Positions 39,516 through 49,794 of a stretch of DNA of 64,000 bases are shown here, piece after piece. Each line of letters begins with the position of its first letter. Within the stretch, counting starts at the first letter, position 1. Below the pieces are notes generated by a model, which saw nothing but the letters and a program-made list of their open reading frames with translations, searched no databases and was not told the DNA's origin. Source of the stretch: an uncultured delta proteobacterium (lineage in GTDB: Bacteria > Desulfobacterota > Desulfobacteria > Desulfobacterales > JAHEIW01); assembly GCA_963706575.1 (NCBI GenBank), contig CAVPNL010000009.1, forward strand, positions 160,001 to 224,000. The letters run 5' to 3'. The translations under genes were made by a program, and so were the position numbers.

Positions 39516-40502
39516 GTGAAGAAGGCAAATATTGTTGTAACCGATGGATACACACTAAATCCGGGAGACAACCCCTGGGATGCGATGGCAAAACTGGGAA
39601 ATCTTACCGTTTATGAGCGGTTGACGGTTGCTGAAGTGGTGGAGCGCTGCCGGGAGGCGGAAATTTTGGTTGTCAATAAAACCCGGATTCGCGAATCGGC
39701 GCTGGCTGAAATGTCCGGGCTCAGGTTTATCGCTGTTTCGGCCACCGGTTTTGATTGTGTGGATATTGAAGCTGCCGGCAAGCGCGGGATTGCGGTATCC
39801 AATGTGCCGGTTTACGGCACCGATTCGGTGGCCCAGTATGTTTTTTCGGCCATTTTGCACCTCTGGCACAACATTGGCGTTCACGATGCGGCTGTAAAAG
39901 CCGGGGATTGGGCCCGGCAGCCGGATTGGTCTTTCTGGCAAACCCCGCTGGTGGAGCTGCGCGACAAAACCATCGGCATCATCGGGTTCGGCCGGATCGG
40001 ACGCCGGGTCGGTCAGCTGGCCGATGCGTTCGGCATGCGCGTGCTGGCCAATGATCCCTATCATGGCGACCCGCCGAATTATCGGGCCTTTGCCTGGAGT
40101 TCCCTGGAAGACCTGTTCGCTCAATCTGATGTGGTCACCCTGCACGCCCCCTTGACAGACGATAATCATCGGTTTGTCAACCGCATTTTGCTGGAGCGAA
40201 TAAAAAAAAGCGCGATTCTCATCAACGCTTCCCGGGGGGGATTGATCGAAGAAAACGACCTTGCTGAAGCGTTGAACAGCGGTCGGCTGGCCGGGGCAGT
40301 TGTCGATGTGGTGTCGACCGAACCCATCGCCGCGGACAATCCGCTTTTAAGCGCCAGAAACATTGCCATTACACCCCATCTGGCCTGGGCCACCCGGGAT
40401 GCTCGCAGACGTTTGATGGCATCCACCGCTGAAAACATCAGGGCTTTTCTTGACGGCGCGCCCCAAAATCTGGTCAACGCAATGCATTTAGCGCCCGGAT
40501 AA
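39516..40502 (+). CDS. hprA: D-2-hydroxyacid dehydrogenase (glycerate dehydrogenase / hydroxypyruvate reductase)
   Basis: DGYTLNPGD, GIIGFGRIG, INASRG, EP, TPHLAWA. GTG start at 39516 follows AGGAGG. Confidence 0.82.
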   Translation: MKKANIVVTDGYTLNPGDNPWDAMAKLGNLTVYERLTVAEVVERCREAEILVVNKTRIRESALAEMSGLRFIAVSATGFDCVDIEAAGKRGIAVSNVPVYGTDSVAQYVFSAILHLWHNIGVHDAAVKAGDWARQPDWSFWQTPLVELRDKTIGIIGFGRIGRRVGQLADAFGMRVLANDPYHGDPPNYRAFAWSSLEDLFAQSDVVTLHAPLTDDNHRFVNRILLERIKKSAILINASRGGLIEENDLAEALNSGRLAGAVVDVVSTEPIAADNPLLSARNIAITPHLAWATRDARRRLMASTAENIRAFLDGAPQNLVNAMHLAPG

Positions 40503-40528
40503 GCGGGATGGTATTCGATCAATGGTCA

Positions 40529-41113
40529 TTATCTTCTGCGACCCAACAAGCCGCCCAACAAGCCGCCTAAAAGACCGCCGCCCGTTCTGGAACGCCCGCT
40601 TGATCCCTGTAGAAACATCTCGGCCACATCATCCAGGATACTACCATCACCATCGCGATCCAGAATTGAGGCGATACCCGTCGAGCCGGCGCCTCCCTGG
40701 TCACGCTTTTGGGTTAAAAATCCCAAAATGATGGGCGCCAGCATGGGGATGATCTTCGCGGCCGTACTACCAGACAGATTGAATTGTTCTGATAGCATAT
40801 TGGTGGCCTGCACGCCTGAGTCGCCCAGTAAACCGCCCAGCCGCGGATCGGCTTGTTGATCCTGCACCTGGGCAGAAAAAAAATCGCCAATGTTGTCCAG
40901 CACATTTGCGCTGCCATATTTGTTTAAAATATGATCGACGCGCTCTTCCCCGCCATAGTTGTCCTTCTGGCGTTTTAAGCCGCCCAGAATCATGGGTGCT
41001 ATCTGCGGCAGCATCTGTTGAACCGCATTTTCCTCAATACCCAGATTTGCCGAAAGCTGACTGGACACTTCCGGACCCAGGGATGACATAAATTCTTCCA
41101 TTATACTGGCCAT
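40529..41113 (-). CDS. DUF937-family protein
   Basis: Helical Gly/Leu-rich pattern, MLAPIILG, EF-hand-like LDRDGDGSILDD, GLLGG tail. Confidence 0.75.
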   Translation of the reverse strand: MASIMEEFMSSLGPEVSSQLSANLGIEENAVQQMLPQIAPMILGGLKRQKDNYGGEERVDHILNKYGSANVLDNIGDFFSAQVQDQQADPRLGGLLGDSGVQATNMLSEQFNLSGSTAAKIIPMLAPIILGFLTQKRDQGGAGSTGIASILDRDGDGSILDDVAEMFLQGSSGRSRTGGGLLGGLLGGLLGRRR

Positions 41114-41281
41114 TTTACGTTTTCCTTTCTAAATAATGGGTTGGGGAGATGTAAATTTGGCAATTCACATCCCCCTGAACCCATTCATACAAAAAACTGT
41201 TTTGTGCTAAATATGGAAATAGGCAGTCGGTGGGGGTTAGGACGACCACCGAATCCTATCGTGTGAATCAGGAATCTGCGA

Positions 41282-41716
41282 TCAGCTGATTTTTGGAATT
41301 CTCACAGTTTGACCCGGGTAAATCAAATCCGCATCTTTGATAACCTCACGATTTGCTTCGAAAATCACCGGATATTTCATGGCATCGCCGTAATATCGCT
41401 TGGCGATTTTCGAAAGGCTGTCTCCCTTTTGGATGACATAAAATTCGGTTTCCTCCTCGGCCGGCGGGGCTGTAAAGTTTTCATCGTTTACCTTTTCAAC
41501 ACCTTTAACATTGCCGGCAAGCAGAACCGCCTTTTCGCGGGTCGCACAGGAATCACAACTCCCTGCCAAAGTGACCGTGTCGTCAGCGAAGCCTACGTTA
41601 AGGTCTTTAATCCGGTTTCCAAACTCTTTCGTCAGCATTTCCTGGACCTCTTCAGCTTCGTCGCCCCCTTTAAAAAGATCCATACCGATATTTTTAATAA
41701 AAGAAAACAATCCCAT
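41282..41716 (-). CDS. BON-LysM protein (Kbp/YgaU-like)
   Basis: MGLFSFIK, EKAVLLAGNVKGV, YVIQKGDSLSKIAK..IFEAN..IYPGQ. Confidence 0.9.
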   Translation of the reverse strand: MGLFSFIKNIGMDLFKGGDEAEEVQEMLTKEFGNRIKDLNVGFADDTVTLAGSCDSCATREKAVLLAGNVKGVEKVNDENFTAPPAEEETEFYVIQKGDSLSKIAKRYYGDAMKYPVIFEANREVIKDADLIYPGQTVRIPKIS

Positions 41717-41946
41717 CGTTTACCTCCTTTCACATTAGTATTTATGGTCCTGGCTTTTTTAAGCAGGACCCATTAAAGATCGAATTTCTTTTCATTGATT
41801 ATAAGACCGAATAAAAGATTTTCAAACTGATTGATTACAAATAGGTTGACGGCACCCTATTTAATGCATACAAAAAAATCACCGAACGAAACGTATCGAT
41901 ACCATTCAACAGCAGTAAACGCCTTGCCTGTAATCAGGAGAATGAC

Positions 41947-43203
41947 GTGGCAGATTCAATCCGCAGCGATCGGTTTATTCCCTTCACCAAATCAGATGTC
42001 ATTGAAATGTGCATGAAAGACGCGCAGCTGACACAAGCAGAAACCGAAGGATTCAGGGATTTCTGTCGAATTTTGGAAGCACTCTTCCATTTTGAATTTC
42101 ATGCCCGCCTGGAAAAACTGAAAACCTGCTATGGGCCGTTTAACCCGGATTCCGATACCCGCCGCATATTCAACACTTCTGAATCGGAAAAAAAGAATTT
42201 ACAAAAACAGCTGGTTTCTGAAATGGCGGCGGTTTTAGATGCGGCTAATTTTGAAAAAGTTACGGCCGAAGATCTGCAACAGGCCCTGGGTGAAGAATCA
42301 TTGTTTCAGATCCGTCTGGAAGTGGACTTTGGCGACTTTGAAGATGTGATATTTTTTCGTCGCGGAAAAACCATTAAAGAAGAAACACTGGTGAAATTAT
42401 TCGGCCTTTCGAAGAAAACATTTCAATTTACCAATTACGAACGGGTCGCCATTTACATCAAATTTAAAGAAAAGCCCTATTTTGACAGCCAAAAACGCAA
42501 AAACCTTTATTTTGAGCCCGGCTCAACCATCATCAAGCTTTTTCATAATGTTCCCAAGGCCGATCTGGAAATGCTCTTTCCAAACAGCAAAGTGCGCATG
42601 AAAACCATCGATAAGATCATCATCGGTGTCCCGGCGGCGGTCAGCGGGGCGATTGTGCTGGTGACCAAATTGGGCGCATCTCTTCTTTTGGTTGGTTCGG
42701 TCATCTCCTTCTGGCTGGGATTAAAGGATCAAGAGGTTCAAATCAAACAGCAGCATCTTATTGCCCTGGGTGCCGGATTGGGCACCCTGGGCGGTTTTCT
42801 GTTCAGACAGATCAACAAATATAAGAATCGTAAAATAAAGTTTATGAAAGCCCTTTCAGATAATCTGTATTTCAAGAACCTTGACAACAACGCAGGGGTA
42901 TTTTACCACCTGATTGATGCCGCCGAAGAAGAGGAGTTTAAGGAAGCGGTCCTGGCTTATTATTTTTTGCTGACCGCGAAGGAGGCGCTGACCAAAAAAG
43001 AGCTCGATGACCGCATCGAAAACTGGCTGGCCGAACGCTGGGACTGCCATATTGATTTTGAAATCGGAGATGCAATTGATAAATTGCAGCGTCTGGAATT
43101 GATTGAAGTTGACGCCGATCATCTCCGCTGTGTCCCGCTCAACCGCGCCAAGCAACAACTCGATGCAATCTGGGATAATTTTTTTAAATACAGCAAAAAG
43201 TGA
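41947..43203 (+). CDS. DUF3754/TMEM143-family membrane protein
   Basis: RFIP, FHFEFH, PKADLEMLFP, LYFKNLDNN, EEEEFKEAVLAY; 2 TM. Confidence 0.78.
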   Translation: MADSIRSDRFIPFTKSDVIEMCMKDAQLTQAETEGFRDFCRILEALFHFEFHARLEKLKTCYGPFNPDSDTRRIFNTSESEKKNLQKQLVSEMAAVLDAANFEKVTAEDLQQALGEESLFQIRLEVDFGDFEDVIFFRRGKTIKEETLVKLFGLSKKTFQFTNYERVAIYIKFKEKPYFDSQKRKNLYFEPGSTIIKLFHNVPKADLEMLFPNSKVRMKTIDKIIIGVPAAVSGAIVLVTKLGASLLLVGSVISFWLGLKDQEVQIKQQHLIALGAGLGTLGGFLFRQINKYKNRKIKFMKALSDNLYFKNLDNNAGVFYHLIDAAEEEEFKEAVLAYYFLLTAKEALTKKELDDRIENWLAERWDCHIDFEIGDAIDKLQRLELIEVDADHLRCVPLNRAKQQLDAIWDNFFKYSKK

Positions 43204-43330
43204 GCTAAAGTGATCTAAAATGCCTAAAGTGCCTAAAATTGTGGAATTCTATCATTTAATTTTAAAAGAGGGAGCAAAGCGATTCCTTAACTTTAGGCAT
43301 TTTAGGCAATTTAGATCATTTTAGGCATTT
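43201..43330 (+). repeat. Tandem-inverted-repeat element (TGCCTAAA unit), copy 1
   Basis: (TGxCTAAAx)n - spacer GGAATTCTATCATT..GGAGCAAAGCGA - (TTTAGGCA)n. Confidence 0.85.
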
Positions 43331-43359
43331 CTTTTGTCCTTTAAATTGGGAGGATAACA

Positions 43360-45813
43360 ATGAGCGAATATGAAAAACTCGGAGCGTTTTATCTGGGCAA
43401 AGAATATGATATGGCGTCGCGCAAGCGCCAAGAGGGTCTCTTATTGTATGATTCAAAAGACCTGACGACCCATGGGGTGATCATCGGCATGACCGGCAGC
43501 GGCAAGACCGGCCTGGGTATCGCGCTTTTGGAAGAGGCGCTGATCGATAATATACCGATCATCGCCATCGACCCCAAGGGCGATTTAACCAACCTGATGC
43601 TCAACTTTCCGCTACTGCGGGCGGAGGATTTCCGTCCGTGGATAAACGAGCAAGACGCTCTGGTCGCCGGATTGTCGCCGGATCAGTTTGCAGCCCAACA
43701 GGCGGAGCTGTGGCGCAAGGGCCTGGGTGGTTGGGGGCAGGAGCCTGAGCGCATCGCCCGATTACAGGCCGCCGCCGACTTTGCCGTCTACACGCCGGGA
43801 AGCAGTGCCGGTTTGCCGGTCAGTGTGCTGCGGAGCTTTGCGCCGCCGCCACCCGGGATTGCACAGGATGTGGAGTTGCTGCGTGAGCGCATCCAGACCA
43901 CCGCCACCAGTCTGCTGGCTCTGCTGGGCATAGAAGCAGACCCGATCACCAGCCGCGAGCATATTCTGCTTTCCAACATTCTGGAATCCGCCTGGGCGGC
44001 CGGCCGCGCGCTTGATCTTGCCGGATTGATCCGGGCCATTCAAACGCCTCCGTTCGAGCGCATCGGTGTGATGGACCTGGATTCATTTTATCCGGCCAAG
44101 GAACGGTTTCAATTGGCCATGCGCTTGAACAACTTGCTGGCGGCTCCCGGTTTTGAAGCCTGGCTTGAGGGCGAGCCGCTCAACATCAACCGCATGCTCT
44201 TTACCGACAGTGGCAAACCCAAAGCCTCCATTTTTACCATCAGCCACCTCGCGGATGCCGAGCGCATGTTTTTTGTTGCCATGTTGCTGAATGAAATACT
44301 GGCCTGGATGCGCACCCAGGCGGGGACTTCCAGCCTGCGCGCCATTCTGTATATGGATGAGATTTTTGGCTATTTTCCACCGGTTAAAAACCCACCATCC
44401 AAAGCCCCGCTTCTAACGCTGCTCAAGCAGGCCAGAGCTTTCGGCTTGGGGGTGGTGCTATCCACCCAAAATCCGGTTGACCTGGATTATAAAGGACTAT
44501 CGAACACCGGATCCTGGTTCATCGGCCGACTCCAGACTGAGCGCGACAAGGAGCGGGTGCTGGAGGGGCTTGAGGGGGCTGCGGCCGGCACCGGATTTGA
44601 CCGGGGCCGGATGGAAGAGATTTTAGCCGGTCTGGGGAAACGCGTATTTTTACTCAATAACGTCAATGAAAACGCGCCGGTTACATTTGAGACCCGCTGG
44701 GTGCTCTCATATCTGCGCGGTCCCCTGACCCGCGAACAGATCAAAGTTTTAGTGGCTGAAAAAAAATCCCAGCAGACACCGGTGGCTGCACCGGCCCAAA
44801 CGGCTGCTGCCGGCTTGCCGACCCCATCTGCCGTTCAAGCCTCAGGTGTTCAGGCCCCTTCAGCCATTTCAGAACCGCCGGTGGTCGCGCCCCAAATCAA
44901 GGTCATGTACCTGGCCGCATCCGGCGCCGGTCAGGGTCTTGTGTATTACCCGGCAGCTGCCGGCTGGCTGGATGTTCACTATTCCTCAGCAAAGTACAAG
45001 GTCGATTCTACCGAAAAAGTGTCGCTTGCCGCCATGCTCGAGGACGGACCCGTGGCGCTGGATTGGGACCAGGCCGATGAAATCGGACTGTCTACCGACG
45101 AAATTCATACTTCACCCCTGCCCGGTGCAAGTTTTGCCGATTTGCCGTCTGCCGCAAAAAAGCCGGAATCCTACAGCAAATGGAACAAGGATCTGTTGCG
45201 CTGGGTGCGGCAAAGCCGTTCTTTGAACCTCTATCAATCCAAGCGGTTTAAATTAACCAGCAGTCCTGCAGAATCCAAAAGCGAGTTTTTAGCACGATTA
45301 AGCCAGACTGCACGCGAAGAGCGTGACTTGGAAGTCGAGAAGTTGCGCCGCAAATACAGTTCCAAATTTGATACCTTGCAAAACCGTCTGATGCGCGCTG
45401 AACAAGCCGTTCAACGTGAGCAGGAGCAGGTCACATCCAAAAAAATGGAAACCGTGGTTTCTTTCGGTACAGCGATTCTGGGCGCATTTCTGGGCCGCAA
45501 GGCGGTCAGCACCAGCTCGGCCACCCGCTTCGGTACCGCCGTGAAGTCGGCCGGCCGCATGCGCAAAGAAAGCATGGATGTCGCCCGGGCCCAGGAGACG
45601 GCCAGCGCGGTTAAACAGGAGATGGCGGAACTCGACCAGCGCCTCCAGGCCGACATTGCAAATCTGGAGGCTTCCTTTGATCCAGGTACGGAAAAATTAG
45701 AAGAAGTTATGGTGAAACCGAAAAGCACCGACATCACGCTGGAAGTCTTCGGTCTCACCTGGATGCCCTATCGCAAAGGGGCCGACGGACGGCTATCTCC
45801 GGATTGGCAGTAG
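43360..45813 (+). CDS. HerA/FtsK-like (DUF87/DUF853) P-loop ATPase with a C-terminal coiled coil
   Basis: Walker A GMTGSGKT, IDPKGD, Walker B LYMDE, QARAFG..STQNP; RBS GGAGG. Confidence 0.85.
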   Translation: MSEYEKLGAFYLGKEYDMASRKRQEGLLLYDSKDLTTHGVIIGMTGSGKTGLGIALLEEALIDNIPIIAIDPKGDLTNLMLNFPLLRAEDFRPWINEQDALVAGLSPDQFAAQQAELWRKGLGGWGQEPERIARLQAAADFAVYTPGSSAGLPVSVLRSFAPPPPGIAQDVELLRERIQTTATSLLALLGIEADPITSREHILLSNILESAWAAGRALDLAGLIRAIQTPPFERIGVMDLDSFYPAKERFQLAMRLNNLLAAPGFEAWLEGEPLNINRMLFTDSGKPKASIFTISHLADAERMFFVAMLLNEILAWMRTQAGTSSLRAILYMDEIFGYFPPVKNPPSKAPLLTLLKQARAFGLGVVLSTQNPVDLDYKGLSNTGSWFIGRLQTERDKERVLEGLEGAAAGTGFDRGRMEEILAGLGKRVFLLNNVNENAPVTFETRWVLSYLRGPLTREQIKVLVAEKKSQQTPVAAPAQTAAAGLPTPSAVQASGVQAPSAISEPPVVAPQIKVMYLAASGAGQGLVYYPAAAGWLDVHYSSAKYKVDSTEKVSLAAMLEDGPVALDWDQADEIGLSTDEIHTSPLPGASFADLPSAAKKPESYSKWNKDLLRWVRQSRSLNLYQSKRFKLTSSPAESKSEFLARLSQTAREERDLEVEKLRRKYSSKFDTLQNRLMRAEQAVQREQEQVTSKKMETVVSFGTAILGAFLGRKAVSTSSATRFGTAVKSAGRMRKESMDVARAQETASAVKQEMAELDQRLQADIANLEASFDPGTEKLEEVMVKPKSTDITLEVFGLTWMPYRKGADGRLSPDWQ

Positions 45814-45822
45814 TTAAAAGAT

Positions 45823-45990
45823 AAGTGACTAAAGTTAGAAGTGATCTAAAGTGCCTAGAGTGTCTAAAATTAAAGTCTCGCTTTGCTCCATCATTAAAAA
45901 TAGAAATGATCGTTCGACCCTGAGGCTCTCGACGGGCAGAATTCCTCAACTTTAGTCACTTTAGCTCATTTTAGTCATTTTAGGCACTTT
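45823..45990 (-). repeat. Tandem-inverted-repeat element (TGCCTAAA unit), copy 2, inverted, with a 27-bp insert
   Basis: The reverse complement matches copy 1 including the spacer. Extra CGTTCGACCCTGAGGCTCTCGACGGGC at 45911-45937. Confidence 0.85.
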
Positions 45991-46085
45991 CTTTTACCTT
46001 AAACCTTCCTTGCAAAATATCCTCGCTAAATGTATGGCTTAGCATCTTTTTTACCACATCGTCTTTTTATTGTTAGCGAGGCAAA

Positions 46086-47489
46086 ATGCGGCAGCGGAAT
46101 CCCGATGTTAAAGAAAATAAACCCTACCGGCAGGTCCTGCGGGTCAGTTTGCCGCTGGTGATCAGTATGTCTTCGACGATGATCATGGAGTTTACCGACC
46201 GGGTTTTTCTTGCGAATTATTCGCTGGATGCCATTGCCGCTGCGCTGCCGGCGGGCATCACCGCCTTTTTATTTATTTCATTTTTTCTGGGCACTGCTCA
46301 ATATTTAAATGTCTTTGTGGCCCAATATAGCGGCTCCGGCAGACCGCAGCGGGTCGGTGCGGTCCTGTGGCAGGGGATTTATTTCTCCGCTCTTTCCGGA
46401 GTGGCGCTGGCCGGTCTGAGTTTTTTGGCTGAGCCGCTCTTTCGACTCGGCGGACATCCGATCGAAGTGCAGGTGCTGGAGGCGGTTTATTTCAAAGTCC
46501 TTTGCCTGGGTTCAGGAATCCTGATTGTTGGAACGGCACTGTCCTGCTTTTTTAGTGGACGGGGCCAGACGCGGCTGGTGATGATCATCAGTATGATCGG
46601 AACCCTTTTCAATATCCCGTTGGACTATGCCTTGATCAATGGCATCTGGATTTTTCCGGAATGGGGGATCCTGGGGGCTGCAATTGCCACCGTTATGTCG
46701 TGGTTGCTGGTTACGCTTATTTTTGCGCTGCTGGTTTTTACCAGGGAAAATGACCGCGCCTTTAAAGTATTAACGCATCGTAAGTTTGAAGCCGATCTTT
46801 TTGGCCGTCTCATGCGATATGGCATCCCCAGTGCAATTCAGTTTAGCCTGGATATTTTCGCATTTACCTTCTTTATCTTTATGGTGGGACGTATCGGCAA
46901 GATCCAGCTGGCGGCCACCAATATGGTGTTTTCAATAAATTCATTGGCCTTTATGCCGATGATGGGGTTTTCACTGGGTACCAGTACGCTGGTGGGACAG
47001 GCCCTGGGCCGCAACCGGGTCGATGATGCGATTGCCGCCACTAAAGCAACGATTCATATTGTGTTAGGCTATATTTTTATTTTGCTGATTCTTTTTTTAT
47101 TTCTTCCTCACCCCCTGCTTGAGCTTTTCAGACCCCGTCATCTGGCGCCGGAAAATTTTACTCCCATCATTGCAATCGGAATCGTACTTCTGCGGTTTGT
47201 GGCAGCTTATATATTTTTTGATGCCCTGTACATGGTCTGCATCGGTGTGCTCAAAGGCGCCGGAGATACCCGCTTTATCATGTGCAGTATCGGTGTGCTT
47301 TCATTGGCCATCATGATCCTGCCGGTTTACATCGGCGTGGAAGTGTTTGGCGCCGGGCTATATTATGCCTGGAGTTGTGCCACCGGTTTTGTCTTTTGCT
47401 TATTTGCCGTTTCTTTTTGGCGTTATCGTCAAGGACGCTGGAAAGCTGTGCGTGTAATCGAACAAGCGACTAAAGCCTCGGTGGATTAA
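46086..47489 (+). CDS. MATE family efflux transporter
   Basis: About 12 TM, FTDRVFL, VAQYSGSG, STLVGQALG, GVLKGAGDT. Confidence 0.92.
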   Translation: MRQRNPDVKENKPYRQVLRVSLPLVISMSSTMIMEFTDRVFLANYSLDAIAAALPAGITAFLFISFFLGTAQYLNVFVAQYSGSGRPQRVGAVLWQGIYFSALSGVALAGLSFLAEPLFRLGGHPIEVQVLEAVYFKVLCLGSGILIVGTALSCFFSGRGQTRLVMIISMIGTLFNIPLDYALINGIWIFPEWGILGAAIATVMSWLLVTLIFALLVFTRENDRAFKVLTHRKFEADLFGRLMRYGIPSAIQFSLDIFAFTFFIFMVGRIGKIQLAATNMVFSINSLAFMPMMGFSLGTSTLVGQALGRNRVDDAIAATKATIHIVLGYIFILLILFLFLPHPLLELFRPRHLAPENFTPIIAIGIVLLRFVAAYIFFDALYMVCIGVLKGAGDTRFIMCSIGVLSLAIMILPVYIGVEVFGAGLYYAWSCATGFVFCLFAVSFWRYRQGRWKAVRVIEQATKASVD

Positions 47490-47639
47490 ATGCCGGCGGA
47501 CAATCGACAATATTCATCTCTGCGACATTTGGTTTTTCTTCATTTCACTATTTTTCTTTTGACAGATAATTTGCTTTTCCTTACAATATCTTCTGCGCTG
47601 CAGAGTTTGGCCAGGGCACCATCCTTTATATTTCAGATT

Positions 47640-49673
47640 ATGCAAAAACTAAACATAATCGCCAACAAATCATTACCCGCCTTCCTATTGCTGTTTCTTT
47701 TTTCCTTGTTAATGATGACCGGGTGCGGTGGTTCAAATATCAAGATGCCGCAACCGTTGCCATCTGCTGTTAGAGAATACCGGCATGTTAAGCTTCATGG
47801 CGGTCATGTTGGCATGAAAGACACGGATATATATCTGCTAACCGGGGATATGTATTCCATTTTCGCCACCGGCAGAATTGATTATGCGCCCAAAGCCGGC
47901 GCCCCATCCCAATATAACAATGTGCGGCCGGAACTGGGCTGGCCTTTAATGTTGAGAGTCGGCGAATACAGACGGTTTTCTCCTCTTTTCGGCCAAAATG
48001 GAACTACTACGATAAGTTACAAATCCGGAAAGCTTTATGTAGGGTATCAATCAGGGCAGGTGGACGCGTTAGGCAACCCGCGTAACCCAGAATATTATAA
48101 GGATGACCAGGGCGCTTTTCATATTGATATTATTGTGTGGCAAAAATCGGATTGGATTCAAATCAGAGATGCTCTTGCTGACATGAAAAACGCGGACCCC
48201 GCCAGCAAGCCCATTGCCGACGCATTTGCGGAAGCTGAAAAATATGCCGCTTATGCGGAAGCAGAGAATAAAGCGTCCGAAGAAATTGCGAAAACCGAAA
48301 AGCAGATTGCCGATTTGAAAAAAGAAACGACAGAAAATCAAAAACAAGTGAAAAGTGCTTCTGAAATTAAATCCTCTTCACCACCAAAAGCGTCAACAAA
48401 GGTTTTGTCCAGCACCGAGAAAGTGACCCAGCTGGAAGCACGCCTGGCAAAACTTTATGAAACTCAAGCCCAGCTTGAAGCAATGAAGAAAGAGCTGGTG
48501 GAAGAAAAACAGAAGTCCAGCCTGCTCACTGAAGAGCTGGAGGAAAAAGAAAAGAGAGAACAGCAGCTGTTAACCGAGCTGGCTCAAGGAACCAAGACGG
48601 CACCGGTAATCGTGATTGCTTCTCCAAAAGACGGCGGTACGGTAAACACCAAAACGGTTGATGTTTCAGGTGTTGTCGAAGATTCACAGGGTATCGAGGA
48701 AGTTGCCATATTCATAAACTCCAGGCCTTTGGAGGAAAAAGCCGGACGCGGTTTTCGCATATCAGAAAAAACGCCTGCCAGGCGACTCGAATTTGCTGAA
48801 CGGATCCCTCTCGATTCCGGTGAAAACATCATCAAAATTCGAGCCGTCGATACACAAGGCTTTGTATCCGAGAAGAAAATAGCCGTAAAATATGCTGAAA
48901 TACGAAAAAATTTTTGGGCGGTGGTGATTGGAATTAACGATTACCCCAATGCTCCCCAATTGAAATGGGCTGTCAATGATGCACGCGCTTTTTATAACCA
49001 CCTGATCGATTTTATAAAAATACCCGAAGACAATGTGATCCTACTTTTAAACCAGGATGCAAATTTAACGCAGCTGCGCAGTATGCTGGGCACTTATTTA
49101 AAACAGAAAGCCGGCCGGGAAGATATGGTCATTATCTATTTTGCCGGCCACGGTGCCACCGAGAAAGATATGATCAGTCCGGATGGAGATGGCCTGGAAA
49201 AGTATCTTTTGCCGTATGATGCCGACCCAAAAGATCTTTATGCATCGGCGCTCCCGATGAGAGAAATATCTCATATTTTTTATCGCATCCAATCAGAGCG
49301 CTTAATTTTTATTGCTGATTCTTGTTACAGCGGCACCACCGGAGGGCGAACAATTCGTCAGGGCGGCGTTCGTGCCAATATTTCAGATGCCTTTTTAGAT
49401 CGAATTTCAAGCGGCAAGGGCCGAATTATTTTAACCGCCAGCGGTGCAAATGAGGTCAGTGCCGAAGATGACGAGCTGCAGCACGGGATATTCACCTATT
49501 ACCTCTTAAAAGGCTTAAAAGGGCCGGCAGACGCAGATAAGGACGGATTGGTCAGCGTGGATGAAGCGTATCGCTATGTTACCGCTCACGTACCGCGGGC
49601 GACCGGCCAGGAACAACATCCTGTCAAAAAAGGGACGGTTGAAGGGCGTTTGATTTTAAGTATCATTCCCTGA
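47640..49673 (+). CDS. Lipoprotein with lectin-like domain, coiled coil, Ig-like domain and caspase (peptidase C14) domain
   Basis: Lipobox LMMTGC; WAVVIGINDY, LKWAVNDA, FAGHG (His), ADSCYSG (Cys), HGIFTYYLLKGL. Start revised to 47640. Confidence 0.88.
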   Translation: MQKLNIIANKSLPAFLLLFLFSLLMMTGCGGSNIKMPQPLPSAVREYRHVKLHGGHVGMKDTDIYLLTGDMYSIFATGRIDYAPKAGAPSQYNNVRPELGWPLMLRVGEYRRFSPLFGQNGTTTISYKSGKLYVGYQSGQVDALGNPRNPEYYKDDQGAFHIDIIVWQKSDWIQIRDALADMKNADPASKPIADAFAEAEKYAAYAEAENKASEEIAKTEKQIADLKKETTENQKQVKSASEIKSSSPPKASTKVLSSTEKVTQLEARLAKLYETQAQLEAMKKELVEEKQKSSLLTEELEEKEKREQQLLTELAQGTKTAPVIVIASPKDGGTVNTKTVDVSGVVEDSQGIEEVAIFINSRPLEEKAGRGFRISEKTPARRLEFAERIPLDSGENIIKIRAVDTQGFVSEKKIAVKYAEIRKNFWAVVIGINDYPNAPQLKWAVNDARAFYNHLIDFIKIPEDNVILLLNQDANLTQLRSMLGTYLKQKAGREDMVIIYFAGHGATEKDMISPDGDGLEKYLLPYDADPKDLYASALPMREISHIFYRIQSERLIFIADSCYSGTTGGRTIRQGGVRANISDAFLDRISSGKGRIILTASGANEVSAEDDELQHGIFTYYLLKGLKGPADADKDGLVSVDEAYRYVTAHVPRATGQEQHPVKKGTVEGRLILSIIP

Positions 49674-49794
49674 TGTTTACGGGGTATATGAACAGGTCAA
49701 CCAACCGTTAACGGGTTGACACCAAACTTTGTTTTTGCAATGCTCTATAATGCGAAAGCGGATTATTGTCTTTCGGTGGCAGGAGGTTAAAAAA

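Noticed and set aside
43360..45813. HerA ATPase as an anti-phage defence or conjugation system
   Set aside because: No adjacent nuclease, SIR2, NurA or T4SS genes.
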